Part shown: piece by piece, positions 51,664-64,000 of the stretch
How the letters are laid out: each line of letters starts with the position of its first letter
Position numbering within the stretch: the first letter of the stretch is position 1
From: Tubulanus polymorphus
Lineage: Eukaryota > Animalia > Nemertea
DNA: 64,000 bases
Reading direction: 5' to 3'
NCBI RefSeq assembly: GCF_964204645.1
Contig: NC_134025.1
Coordinates: forward strand, 19,071,101-19,135,100
Program-made: the position numbers and the translations under genes
The notes under the pieces: model-generated
Databases searched by the model: none
What the model saw: the letters and a program-made list of their open reading frames with translations, nothing else
Told to the model about the DNA's origin: nothing

Positions 51664-52851
51664 GTGGGTTCGAGGACGGAGGTGACAAGAAGACCAGAAG
51701 CTACCGTGGTGCATCGTTCCGAGGAAGAGGCAAGTCTTCCAGAGGCAAACCAAGGTATGCTCAGATTTTCGTTAGATCAAGGGTCACAAAGGGTGAGGGA
51801 ATTCAGAGCAGAGAACAGTTTCTTAACCCTTTTGCCCGTGGATTCCCCAGGAGAATTGGGGAAGGCCCCCAGTATGGAAGGTTTTCTGGTTCCTCCAAAG
51901 GAATTGAGGCATCTAAATATGTCTCCGGCCCCATCACTGGTCATACCAGTGGGGGGGAGGTTGAAGTTTTGTGTCCAGAATTGGAAGAAGATTACCCACG
52001 ATCCTTCGATATTGAAGATAGTGGAAGGGTATCGAATCAAATGGCTGTCCACCCCAACCCAGATGAATCCGCCCTTTGTACCGAGATTCTCTGTGATGGA
52101 GGAAAATCAGATCAATTTGGAATTGGAGGGAATGTTGACCAAACAAGCGGTAACAGAGGTGCACCCCCAGGCGGACCAATTTGTCAGTCACATTTTTTTC
52201 AGGGAGAAGAAGGACGGGTCTTTCAGGCCAGTGTTCAATCTGAGAAAACTGAACAAAGAGATACCTTATCAACACTTCAAGATGGAGACAATCCATACAC
52301 TAAAGAATTTGATACAGAAAGGGGACTACAAGGTGAAAATAGACCTGAAGGATGCTTACTTCACTGTTCCCATGCATCCAGAAACCCAGAAATACTTATG
52401 TTTCCAATGGGCGGGGAAGACTTATCAGTTTCAAGTCCTACCCTTTGGAATGGGACCTGCTCCCAGGGTTTTCACAAAACTACTGAAGGCCCCAGTGGGC
52501 CTCAGACGGATGGGAATACGTTTGATGATATTTTTAGACGATATTATTATTTATATAAACTGGGGGAAATCCCTTTTAGATCCAAGTCAGATGATGGAAT
52601 ATATTGGGTTGCAGATCGATTCAATAATGATGATGTTAAAACTTCCCGGAGGGAAGATAATGAAGATCAGAGAGCAGTGTCAGCAGATGCTGGATTGTCA
52701 GACTGTGACTGTGAGACCTTGCAAAATTGATTGGGAAATTGACAGCAACAGTGAGTGCTATCCTGCCGGCACCCCTGCACTATCGGAATTTACAGATGCT
52801 CAAGAGAGCCGGCCTGGGTGTGAGGAACCAGTCCTACGAGACAAGAGGTGA
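51664..52851 (+). pseudogene. DIRS reverse transcriptase (internal deletion, frameshift)
   Basis: VGGRLKFCVQNW, EKKDGSFRPVFNLRKLN, KIDLKDAYF, LPFGMGPAPRVFTK, IFLDD directly followed by INWGKS (intervening helix missing). Confidence 0.9.
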
Positions 52852-52875
52852 CTGACTACGGAGGGCAGAGAAGAT

Positions 52876-53469
52876 TTGCTGTGGTGGATTCAGGAGATTC
52901 AAAATCACAATGGCAAATCTGTCATATCTCCGAACCCAGACCTGACCATCACGACGGATGCCTCAAACCTGGGTTGGGGGGGCTGTAGTGGAAGGCACAG
53001 GTTTGGTGACTCAGGGACTGTGGTCTCCCCAGGAAGCAAGCAAGCACATAAATGTGCTCGAACTGATGGTGGTACAGTTGGCAAAGAGAACTGCCACATT
53101 CACTTCAGGATGGACAACTCTACTGCAGTAGCTCAGATAAACAAGATGGGGGGCACTCGCTCCAGGGAGCTGTTGGGAGTGACAAAACAGACATGTCAGT
53201 GGTGCTTGAGGAAAGGGATAACTTTGACTGCGGAGCACTTGCCCGGAGTTCAAAACCTGGAGGCGGATAGAGCCTCTCGAGTTTTCGAGGATTCGAGCGA
53301 TTGGCACTTGGATCCACAGGTGTTCAAATCAGTGGAGCAAGTCCTGGGGGTGATGGAAATAGACCTGTTTGCCAGCAGGCACAACACACAGAAGGAGAAA
53401 TATGTGAGCTGGAAAGCGGACCCGGGGCGATGGCGTTTGACGCATTTGCACTACATTGGGGTCAGCTGA
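52876..53469 (+). pseudogene. DIRS RNase H
   Basis: ITTDASNLGWG, MDNSTAVAQINKMGGTRS, AEHLPGVQNLEADRASR, IDLFASRHN. Confidence 0.88.
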
Positions 53470-53882
53470 ACGCGTATCTGTTTCCACCATTCTGCTTGAT
53501 AAGCAGGTGTCTTTCCAAAATCAGGAACGACAAAGCCTGTGTTTCCCTAGTGACTCCGGTATGGCAGACTCAGCCGTGGTATCCGGTGATGTTACAGCTG
53601 CTTGTGTGCCCGCCGGTATTGTTGCCAGCCATACCGAATCTACTGACGGACGTGTGGGGCAACGTGCACCCCCTAGTAGAGAACGAAACTTTACAGCTGG
53701 CAGCATGGAGGGTCTCGGGTCAATGGAAGGACCACAGGGACTTTCTCAGTCAGCTACCAGACTTTTCACACTTAGCTAGAGACAGGGTACTCAGTCAGCT
53801 TACAATTCAGCCTGGAAAATGTGGAGTGGCTGGTATGACGAGCGACAAATTGATCCACTTCAGGCCTCTGTGGAGTCTATAG
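53430..53882 (+). pseudogene. DIRS Dam-like methyltransferase domain
   Basis: DAFALHW...YLFPPFCLI...PVWQTQPWYP...LAAWRVSG. Confidence 0.8.
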
Positions 53883-54693
53883 GCAATTTTTTGGCCGAAG
53901 AATTTGAGTTTGGGAAACTGTACACAACTTTGAATGGTTACAGGTCAGCTCTGTCAGCATTTCACCCAGAGATTGAAGGTTACAAGATAGGGAAGCATCC
54001 TACCATTGTGAGGCTGATGAAGGGCATCTTTAATGATAGACCCCCGGTTCCTAGATATGAGGACACTTGGTCAGTGGATAAAGTTTTAGACAGGATAAGA
54101 GGCATGGGGAGAATGACCGTTTGGATGACAAAGGTCTTACGCTTAAATTAGCTATGCTTATGGCCCTAACCAGTGCGTGTCGAGGGTCAGAACTAAATAA
54201 AGTCAAGTTGAGTAGCAGATATGCTGAGGGGGTGAATGTTGTTTTTCAGCTTGACTCGGTCACAAAAACATCGAGACCGGGAGGACCTCTTAAGAAATTG
54301 GTATTTGCGCCGTACGAGAGAGATTCCTTGTTAGATGATATAGGTTGCCTAACGGTTTATGAGAATAGAACAGCATGCTGGCGTGAGACCGCTCCACAGA
54401 AAGATAAACTTTTCTTATCTTTTGTGAAGCCTCATGGCCCTGTGACAAATTGCACAATTGCGAGGTGGCTTAGGACGCTGATGGAATGGTCAGGTATTGA
54501 TGTGGAAAAGTATAAAGCGCATTCCACTAGGGCCACGTCCACGTCCAAAGCGAAAACGCAGGGGCTCTCGACAGAACAAATAGTCAGGAGAGCTGACTGG
54601 TCTCAGGCTGCTACGTTTTACAGGTTTTACCATCGAATGGAGGAGGGTAACGAGGTGTCCCAGTTCCAGGGAACTGTGTTAGCCAGAAAATAA
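53819..54693 (+). pseudogene. DIRS tyrosine recombinase (frameshift near 54121-54150)
   Basis: TLNGYRSALS, LALTSACRGSEL-like, KAHSTRATSTS, ADWSQAATFYRFYHR. Confidence 0.9.
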
Positions 54694-54721
54694 TTTTGTG
54701 GGCTTTAAACATTCATTATTA

Positions 54722-54990
54722 CCGTAAAAACCGGCGTATAAGTCTACGCGGCGTATAAGTCGAGGTCGATTTTTAGACCTACATTTCATGATTTTAACAT
54801 ATATCCTGAGTAGTTTTGGTTCGGAAGATGAGGAACACCAGTGTGGATGGATTACTGAAGGAAGTGAAGATGGGAAGTGTGTAATTCGGACATTCAGGGA
54901 CATATGCTTTATCTGTGACTGGTGAACTTAAAGGTTGTTTATATTTGATGTTGTAAAGAAAGGAAGTCAATAAATAAATAATGTTATGGC
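54722..54990 (+). mobile_element. Tc1/pogo-like fragment inserted at a TA in the DIRS 3' region
   Basis: TA|CCGTAAAAACCGGCGTATAAGTC...GCGTATAAGTCG start; right end not found. Confidence 0.5.
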
Positions 54991-55504
54991 AGTCGTATGG
55001 TTGTTATGCATAGGCTCTGAGAAGTGGGTGGAGTTCAGGCGGATTTGGAGCTTTAGTGAGGAAATCTTCTTTCATTTCACAGGTTTCTGTGAAATGATCT
55101 TTATTTCACAAAGCAGCCGATCATAGATGGCGGTTGGGTGGCGGTAAAATGAAAACTTGGTTTCGTGGAGGACGAAACGTCGTTTTACTCGCTGCTTAAT
55201 AGCTTCATTATTACATCTATTTAGGTTTACTCATTAAACTATAATTTCATTTCATGCGCTTCGCGCACTTATGAAATCTGAAATTGTCACCGACTTCTTT
55301 AAGACCCATACGATGTGAAAACACATCCAGATTCTAAAAACCTATAGACATGTAAAATGTAGACTTTCAACAATTATGCGCCTAATATTTCACGTAACTG
55401 CTATATTTACGTAATATTGTTTTGTTCTAGTTCTCGTTTCGAGACCACATATAATGTACCTGGACTTGTGGTTGTCCATTCTATGTTGTCATGTTTATGT
55501 TTAA

Positions 55505-55686
55505 GATAACATTTCAATGTTTAAAAAAAATCATCATAATCTGTGGGTTCCATGTTTCTTTTTCCCAATGAGGGAGAGACCAGAGAAGAACCTTCTACCA
55601 GAAACTCTGTTGCCACCAGGGTTCGAACCCACAAATCCTGTAGTGACTAAACGAGTGGCATAAACCATTTGGCCAATGCGCCTCTT
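55505..55686 (-). mobile_element. tRNA-derived SINE
   Basis: Minus strand A-box TGGCCAAATGG and B-box GGTTCGAACCC followed by a non-tRNA body; no complete cloverleaf. Confidence 0.6.
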
Positions 55687-56645
55687 CGATGAAGAAGCTA
55701 ATGTTTTTTTGACAATGGAAGGTATAGAAGGCGCAGGTTGCCAAATTGGACTTAGCATAGCTGGTGAGATATTTCAAAAACATCTAAACCAGGCGCTGGA
55801 AGGTCTGGAGGGTACTTATTGCATACATAATGACATAATAATCATAGGCGTTGGAAAACTGAACGAAGAGATAATTTTGGATCATAACAGAATGTTAAGA
55901 GCCTACAAAGATGAACATGGGCAACTAGCCAGATACAGCTTGCAATGAGTCGTCAGGTTGCCGCCACAGCTATGTCGAACCGATATAGCTGCAACTGGTG
56001 GCTTCTCACAGGACGCTAGTTGCCACAAATGTGTTGTTGAGTCGCTTATCGACAAAAGCCAGCCTTAACAAAGAGTTGACACTTCAGTGCGCCAGCAGAC
56101 AAGTGGGAATAGGTCTTTAATGCATGACGGCAGACCAATCGCGTGTAGCAACTAAGCCCTGACCTACACTGAAACGCGTAACGCACAAATCGGAAAGGAA
56201 ACCTTAGCTGTCATCTATGGTCTTTTGAGAAATTTAACACATACACATATGGTCACAAAGTCAAAGTATAGAGGGATCATAAGCCTATCGAAGCCATGGT
56301 TAAAAACTGTTGCCACCCCCCCTAAAAGGTTATAAGCGATGCTACATCATATTTACAAACAAAGGCCCAAATTAAGTTCATGCTGGGGTCTCAGATGTAC
56401 ATAGCTGAAGTATATCAGCCTAAGCCTTTATGCTGCACTATTGAGAGGAAAATTCACAGTTCACGTCTGGGAGTAGAATCTTGTCTACGCCAGGCTAAGA
56501 CTCAGTATGAACGCAGACATGCAAGAATACACGTTACCCTGCAGGATATGCCGTGAGATGACCAAGCTCAACCAAAAGAGCCAAAGTTGCTAAAAACAGC
56601 TCTAGTATGTCGCTCAGGGAAAAGGTCAGCGTTGACTTGTTAAGC
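55687..56645 (+). pseudogene. Ty3/Gypsy pol relic (RT, RNase H, integrase zinc finger)
   Basis: GLSIAGEIFQKHLNQALEGLEG...NDIII; GRPIAC...TETRNAQIGKETLAVIYG...DHKPIE; IHSSRLGVESCLRQAK. Confidence 0.8.
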
Positions 56646-56924
56646 TTAAACTAGAATTACGCCTTGCGGCTTAAGATACCCCCTCCCCTGGGCTGGATTC
56701 ACGGCCTGGATGACCCAAAACAAGAAATCAGTCGGCCAGAACAACCGCTCGTGTTCTCTTAATCACAAGGTTTTATGCACCGAAGCGTTTACACTCCTAT
56801 CAAGGTGCCAACTTCGAAAGTCAGTTGATCAATGAATTATGTAATATACTTGGCATTTAAAAATCACGCACCACTCCGTACCACCCTCCTGGTAATGGAG
56901 TGTTTCAATTCAACTTTGATTTAG

Positions 56925-58969
56925 CGTTTGGGTTTACTGGAACCCGCCAAAAAGACAGAAACCCTCATGTAATTCTGTTGATTATTATTATTATTATTAT
57001 AATAAATTTTCCACTTTCCAGCCAAAATTTTTTCATAAAATGTTAATCCTCTCAGATTCGACTACCAACAGCTTATAAACGTAATTTTCAATTCTGTCAG
57101 AAATATAACTCAGCGCCTGACCATTTCGAATTTGCGTATAGTAATCTATTATGAATTAATCCTGCATAATTACCGGGTCTAAACAGCGACAAGAATAACG
57201 CAAAGAATCGTCATCCATTGATAAAAGTGCACCCCGAAAACCCTAAAATTTATTGGACGACCTTGAACATTAACTCAACCGTAAATCACGGATTCGGACT
57301 CACATTAGTCCGGACACGTCAATTCTCGCTATCTCATTCGTATATGAGCGATTCAAAAAGCCGCCATTTTCACCAAGTTGAAACTTGGTGAAGCGCACAG
57401 CCAGTCTTAAGTTTTAGTGAATAAATAGAGGCGAGTGCCCTTTCGGCAACTTATATAGAATTCTACATTGTAAAAAAACATAGGTTTTGCGGGGGCACCT
57501 GTGTTCGGTGTGGTCAGTGGCCAAAAAAATCACCAAAAACGTCGAAGATCTATTCGAGCGAAGATTTGCCGTGATCAAATACATGTATAGAAAAGGAATT
57601 CATTTTTGGGGAAAAAAACATGCTTTGGGAGTGTTGATTACAAATTGAAAGCCTTGTTTGTTTTATCTTTCATACGACAATAAATCTTTCTGTATCGTCA
57701 GATATGTTCTACGAACGGCTTTAACAGTTTTATATGTTTTACACAAGAAATTTGTTCCCAAGTTCTACATTGTAAAAAATGTAGGTTTTGCTGAAGGAAG
57801 GCACGCGGTGGCGTGACCAAAGAAAATCACCCAAAATATAATAGACCTTCGAGCAAATTAAGGGACCCCTGATTAAATAAAAAAAATCATTTTCTGCGAA
57901 AAACGTGGGAGTTTGGGAATGTTGATTACATATTGAGAGCCTATTGTTTTATCGATTACACGAGATTAAATTTTTCTGTAGTTAAAAAACGTCAGATGTC
58001 TACAGTAAATCTCATGGCTTCAATAGTTTTATATGTTTTACACTAAAGATTTCTTCCTTAGTATTACAACGGGTTGCATGGGTACGGAATTAATGGAACA
58101 ACGGTATTTTAAATACTCAAGCGTATACGAATTTTACTCGAAACGGAAAAGGGGAATAACGTTTGAAAAACGGGAGTAAAAAACACATAAAGATACAATA
58201 TGTTAAAAAACGCACGGCATTTTACTCCCAGGGATTGGCAAAATGAGTTAATTATTCAGTACTTGTTTGGAGCGGGACGGTCATTTTGTAACACGCGGAA
58301 CGCGCGTGCGCGCGCGTTATTCCCCGGGACTCGACCCTTAGTGATGCTGTGAAACCGGCGCGCTTGTTATTCTAAAAAATTCGACCCGTTGCTAAGGGAC
58401 TGTGCTTTTTGTGGGATTCGAATCCAGTCTTCCAATCGGTTTCTACGGAGAAATACGAACTAAAAATTACATTTTTTGACAATATTTTGTGAATTTTCTT
58501 TGTAAATATTCTGAAAATTACACAAAATCATTTTGTTATCCTTCATTCACCTATTTAAACTACCCGTGGGACGCGGCCCGCAAGTTTCAACGAAAGTCCG
58601 ACCGTGACCGTCATTTTCGTTGCCGAATTTAGCCAATGCCCATGTGTCCAACCTACCAGTAGTATTAACGAAATTATGGATCAAAACGCGCAAGGAGAGC
58701 ATGTGCGACAGACTAGTTCCTGCAACTGCCACCAGGAGACTTTGAAAGAACCATATCTTCGGTTAAGCCATTTTGGTACTTCGATACTCATTACGTGGTA
58801 GCCCTTGTATGTAGCTGGATCCATATATCCAGCATATTGTTGACCCAGGTTGCGCTTCTTGGAAATAAGTCATATGTTATGAACTGTAGAATTATTTCGA
58901 TGACGCTTCCCAGTGCGTTATATGAACCAGTTAGGCAGAAACCCGTAATCGCTGCTATGCAGCTATATT
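56925..58969 (+). mobile_element. HINE related to family B, with ~300-bp internal tandem duplication
   Basis: 5' GGGTTTACTG...CAGAAACCC + (ATT)n; 3' GCAGAAACCCGTAATCGCTGCTATGCAGCTATATT; repeat units start at ~57461 and ~57763. Confidence 0.65.
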
Positions 58970-59454
58970 CGATTGTTTGTTGTCCTTACCGACAACACAT
59001 ATGTGTGTAAAAAAAATTATACTGATTATTCCTGTTGCCACAGGTAAAATATTGTTGGATCCATAACTTTATAAGTATATTTTATGATACAAATTGTAAA
59101 ATCCGGGAGTAATCGAATTAAAGTATTTTATGTGGTGTCAGTTAAGTTAGGTGAAGGTACGTTGAAGTTTCATTTCAATCAATATGAAATTATGTTAGAT
59201 TGTTAATATAAGATATGTTGTATGAATAGGCAATGATTCATTGTTTGTTGTCCTTACCGACAACACCTATGTGTGTAATAAACTGATATATTGTTTATTC
59301 CTGTTGCCGCAGGTGTGTTGAAGTTGCGTCAGATCGTTGTTTCGAGGCTATTGTTGGTCTCACTCTCAGATCGTGAGGAGTCGGCGAATCACAACTGTAA
59401 GCAGGTCTCCAGGACCCCGAAATCGATCGGTCGCTATCATCTGATTTTTAAGCC

Positions 59455-62165
59455 GGTCACATAGAATATCTAATGTCCTTAAAACTCACCACAATCATAT
59501 ACGATGTCATGAGCTACAACTTTGCAATTGATTGTGGAAACAAAATATGCATAGGTACAAGTATAATATAGAAATGCTAAGTTATTGTTATCATTCAATG
59601 CCCCCCTGGGGACCATACACAAAAGCCAATGACCTTGAAACTGACCCAAATCATAGAACACGTGATGAGCTACAACTTTCCAATTGAATGTGGTAACAAA
59701 ATAGGTATTGATATAATGTGGAAAAACTTTTCCCAGCTACCAATGAGTACTGTTGACACCAAGATGACCACCAAGTTTGTCATATTGGCTGATCAAGTAG
59801 AATGTCACTGAAGACAACTGATGCCTCCACATCGCCTCTGTGTAGATACACCCTGAGCATATATCTAAACGGCTTCCGGTGACCTTGACCTTTGTGACCT
59901 GCAGGCCTCGAAATCTAAACAGTCACTCACGGTATCTAGGGTAACCCATCGTTAAAGTTCAGTAAGTTATCTTAAACCGTTTATGAGTTAGAGCCCAGAA
60001 ATGAAAATTACAAAATGGCTTCCAGTGACCTTGACCAACAACGGTTGAATTTGAAGAAAATCTGTCAAAAGGTTCAGGTGCTAGGGCACGAAAACTACTG
60101 CGGACGGACGGATGGACAGACAGACGAAGTGAATACAGAAAAAATACTTTAAACTTTTCCCAACCTACGAATAAGTACTAATGACACCAAGATGGCCGCC
60201 AATTGCGTGATGATTGGCCGATCAAAAATACCTGTCTCAGGTATAAAATATCCCGTTCCAAAGAATACCCCTCACAAATTGCAATGAGAAATGGCAAACC
60301 AGTAGGAAGCTAGAGGACTCAGAATACGGGCCAAAATTGACAATTTTGAGCATTTGAAAGGTCATAGAACAGCCATCTTGAGTCCGATGGACCAAATGTT
60401 TCTTATGCTGATGGGCCCTTGGGGGATTCAAATATATACAAAAGATCAAGTTAATTGAAGTGTCTTCAAAATTGCCTTCAAGTGATATCCGTGCTGATAT
60501 GCCCTTACCACGTTCTGATAATTTAGGCAGTGACCACTCACTTCCGGAGTTTAATAGTCTATCAACTTTTTCTTTAGCAACGCAGGATGAGATAAGGAAA
60601 ATAATAACTAGTTCAGCTAGTAAATCCTGTGAATTGGATCCTAACATCCAACATGGCTTTTAAAAGAGTGTTTAGACGATCTTTTACCAATTATCACAGA
60701 GATAGTTAACCAGTCACTTATTGAGGGCAATGTCCCACTAGACTTTAAGATGGCTCACATACGGCCACTCCTAAAGAAAACTGGACTTAATCCTGAAGTG
60801 CTAAAAAACTACAGACCAGTTTCAAATCTTAGCTTTATTTCAAAGATTTTAGAAAAAGTTGTTAACAGTAGAATTGATGACCATCTAAATATTTCTGGTC
60901 TTAAACCTTGTTTTCAAAGTGCATATTCTAAATTCCATTCGACTGAAACTGCTCTACTTTGAGTTCAATCTGATATATTGGATGCACTTGATTCTGGCAA
61001 TGTTGCTGTTTTAGTTTTATCAGATTTGTCAGCTGCCTTTGACACGATTGATCATTTTATTAGATAGATTGTATAATATGTATAACATTTCTGGCACAGC
61101 ATTTAAGTGGTTTCAGTCTTATTTAAGTGATCGATACCAATCTGTAGTAATTGATGGTAAGCAATCTGCTAAATCAAAGTTGTTTTTTGGTGTTCCTCAA
61201 GGTTCAGTTTTAGGACCTAAGCTTTTCAATATGTATATGAAACCCTTGTCCGAAATAATATCTTCTCATGGACTTGACTTTCATATGTATGCTGACGACA
61301 CCCAACTTTATGTGTTCTTTAAAAAGAATTCAACTGCACAGCAGTTTGCTGCTATTAAGCGTCTTGAAAGTTGCCTGATTGATATTGAATGTTGGCTTAA
61401 GGATAATATGTTGAAACAAAATTGTGACAAAACCGAGTCTTTGTTTTTCTGTTCTCCTCGTTATGTACCACCTACTGATGTACAACTGCATGTTGGCTCT
61501 GTTTATGTAGTACCTGCTCACTTAGTGCGGAATCTAGGTGCTATTTTTGATAGATCCATGTCTATGACGGATCATGTATCATCTGTCATAAAATCCTGTT
61601 ATTTCCATATGAGAAACATTGGTCGTATTCGTAAGTATCTAACTAGGGATTCTACCAAGTCAATTATTCATGCCTTGGTTACATCTAGGCTAGACTATTG
61701 TAATTCTTTGTTATCTAATATCCCGGCGACACAGATTTACAGATTACAAAAGGTACAAAATGTGGCAGCTAGAATAGTTACCCTCACTAAACGAAGTGAA
61801 CACATTTCTCCTGTTTTAGCAGACCTTCATTGGCTGCCAGTCCGCTTTAGAATAGATTTTAATAATAATAATAATAAAAATTTCCCTCAAAAAGTTCAAA
61901 AATGTGTAAAAAGTGTTGATTTTGGCAAACAAAAATGGCTGCCAGTCGGCCATATTGATTCCGACAGGGCCTATTTTTGGGCTGAAAAGGTAGGTACATG
62001 AATCTAGGGTAGATACACGTGTAACCCAAATATCAAGCCATTTCATTGAAGGGTCTTAAAACCTTCCCAAAATAACTGCATTCTGTCTACAGACAGACGA
62101 ACGAATGAACGGATGGACGACCAGACAGATGAAAAGTGAGCGCAATAGTCCCAAATGGGTTTAAA
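59455..62165 (-). mobile_element. Fragmented HINE family C with nested small HINE (~59795-60140) and nested LINE
   Basis: 59455-59795, 60140-60481 and 61877-62165 match parts of 30790-31687. Confidence 0.7.
60482..61876 (+). pseudogene. L2-type LINE RT fragment, truncated at both ends, with (AAT)n tail
   Basis: [81 protein letters not shown], then (AAT)5. Confidence 0.9.
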
Positions 62166-63605
62166 ATCAGACAAAATCTACCCATCAAATAAATCACAGG
62201 ATCAATCCCTATCTTAAGATCTAAAAATACTAAGATCATCAAACTTTCACCCAAATTCATTTGCAAAAATAGAAACCGTATACCCCTACCCTGGAAATTC
62301 TCATTTCCCTCCAGTGTTCTTTCCATATTCGTATGTTTCTTTGGTTACCCTGTTATCATATATATTTTTGCAATTACCTATTCAACCTGCCCATAGGCCC
62401 AATGGGTTATTTCTGCATTGAAAGGTTCTTTTTTGAACCTTTTATTAACAAAAAACAATAACTATCATAAAACTTTGGCGAGACCAGGTGGTTTGAATTT
62501 GACTTTTTCGTAAGGTTTTCAAGCCTTTTTCGTCAATCCAAACACCAAACTTGAAATTGCTTATTGGCTTAACAACGAAGCCCATTAGACATTAACCTAG
62601 GCCCTACAACCTTAAGAGAACGGCTCAAGTCCATTAAAGCATTAAATAGTTCCAGCAGAGTATCATGCGGTACTTAACACAGCCATACTTTATATATATT
62701 TAGTCTGATTTTGGCTTATAATGTTATGTATTTAAAATAATGAAATGTCTTAATTTGTCATAGTTAATGTTATATCATAAACATATATTCCATATATTGT
62801 ATCTATAAACTTAGTAACAGTTTGTGTCAAACATTTATTAGCACCTGCAATTACTATAATCCCACAGACCTGTGTTGCTAATTGGTGTCTGACACTCAAC
62901 AATTTAAGAGTAGTTATTCTCATATTATATTAATGCCAACATGTCTAAACTGTGAGATACATGTCTAGCAAGTATTGTTTATTTAATAACTATGGCTAAT
63001 TAACTATCAAACTCATGTCTCAGCTAGTTCTCAGCAGATGGGTATAAATACCCATGGAATGGAACTGCAGTCATTCTATTCTGCTGACAATATACTACAT
63101 GAACGAGACCTCTGAGTTGCTCTTTATTTAATTCAAGGTAAGCCATTTTTATGTCATGTGACCTGAACTCTGGAGATTGTATTAGAGGCATGTTTTGGAG
63201 AAATAATCATTTAATATATCTCTTCAAATGTGCTTTTGATGTATTATACAGAGTCAGATTTATTAGTGGTTAAATCTAGCTTTTGCTTGTAATAAAATAT
63301 CATATTTTAAGCGTCAAATACTATTGCTTTTATAAATATTAAAAATATGTAACTTGTAATTATTATAATATTCATTCTATTCTACTGACAATACACTACA
63401 TGAACGAGACCTCTGAGTTGCTCTTTATTTAATTCAAGGACTGAGAACTAAGGCTCGATGACCGGAAGAAATCCTACGAATCAGAATTATCGATAAACGC
63501 GAAGTTCCCCTGTTCCGTCAACACTTACGACGCAGGAACCTGTAGAAACAAGACTCAAGGGGCTGATAGTTTCAACCACCCGCACCAGACCAGCCTGATT
63601 GGGTG

Positions 63606-64000
63606 ATGAACAACACCATGCCTTTGGGTAGAGTAGAAGCTTTTGACGGCCAGTCAGATGTTACGATGTGGTTACGTACATTCGAAACGTATTGTACGCT
63701 GAACAATATTCCGAAAGAAAAACACAATCAATTGATTCCTTTTTATCTCGAAGGGCCAGCGAAAACATGGTTTTATAACCTTGCTACGGCTGAGAGAGAG
63801 ACATACGAAAATATCAAAGATAAATTGGTATTGCGGTTTAAAAAGCATTATTGGGATTCGCTTCATGATCTTAAACAAAGGGAGGCGGAGACGACAGATA
63901 GTTACATCCATCGGGTGGAGCAGGTGTCTGTAGGTGCACCCTCGGAGTTCGTCATCGACATGGCAATCAGAGGGCTAAAACCACATCTCCAGCTGCCAGC
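63606..64000 (+). CDS. gag: Ty3/Gypsy gag (retrotransposon gag domain), runs off the window
   Basis: MPLGRVEAFDGQSDVTMWLRTFETYCTLNNIP...IPFYLEGPAKTWF...KLVLRF...LKQREAETTDSYIHRV...AIRGLKPHL, open to the window end. Confidence 0.8.
   Translation, partial: MNNTMPLGRVEAFDGQSDVTMWLRTFETYCTLNNIPKEKHNQLIPFYLEGPAKTWFYNLATAERETYENIKDKLVLRFKKHYWDSLHDLKQREAETTDSYIHRVEQVSVGAPSEFVIDMAIRGLKPHLQLP

Larger units (their letters stand above)
50404..55223 (+). mobile_element. DIRS1-type tyrosine-recombinase retrotransposon with inverted terminal repeats
   Basis: 50404-50540 is inverted relative to 55102-55223; overlapping gag, RT, RNase H, methyltransferase-like and YR ORFs. The true ends may extend slightly further. 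Confidence 0.92.

Noticed and set aside
53301-54693. Horizontally acquired bacterial Dam methylase and phage integrase
   Set aside because: Both are standard DIRS1 domains and lie between the element's ITRs.
55600-55686. tRNA gene
   Set aside because: A and B boxes are present, but no convincing acceptor or anticodon stem; better explained as a SINE head.
62833-62857. Possible signal-peptide micro-exon of the host gene (VCGIIVIA)
   Set aside because: The donor (GTGCTA) and acceptor are weak and no intervening exons support it.

Overview
AT-rich eukaryotic (metazoan, probably marine invertebrate; inferred) genomic DNA, mostly nested transposable elements. One host gene is visible: the last five exons (minus strand, 34586 to 15184) of a single-pass membrane protein with a juxtamembrane Cys cluster and a Pro/Tyr-rich tail carrying a PPPPY motif. 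Retroelements: several Ty3/Gypsy relics; a BEL/Pao element with both LTRs and a 5-bp TSD but no RT/RNase H; a nearly complete DIRS1 element and an older DIRS relic; a Ty1/Copia relic; two CR1/L2-group LINE fragments; a tRNA-derived SINE; and an inverted Penelope-like repeat pair with a hammerhead-ribozyme motif. DNA elements: a MULE-like element with a 10-bp TSD, a 3-kb long-TIR element, Harbinger-like and other MITEs, a piggyBac relic, three families of non-autonomous Helentrons (HINE/DINE-1 architecture), and arrays of a 31-bp repeat that look like foldback-element arms. The most unusual signal is an endogenous Polinton/adintovirus-like relic (capsid C-terminus plus rve integrase, 21280-22179) together with two copies of an AT-rich element end that starts AGTAAT and folds into a ~120-nt hairpin (6245-6358, 33633-33754). 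The link between the two is inferred from composition and a shared TATAAATG start context. All family calls come from motif recognition by eye; no searches were run.
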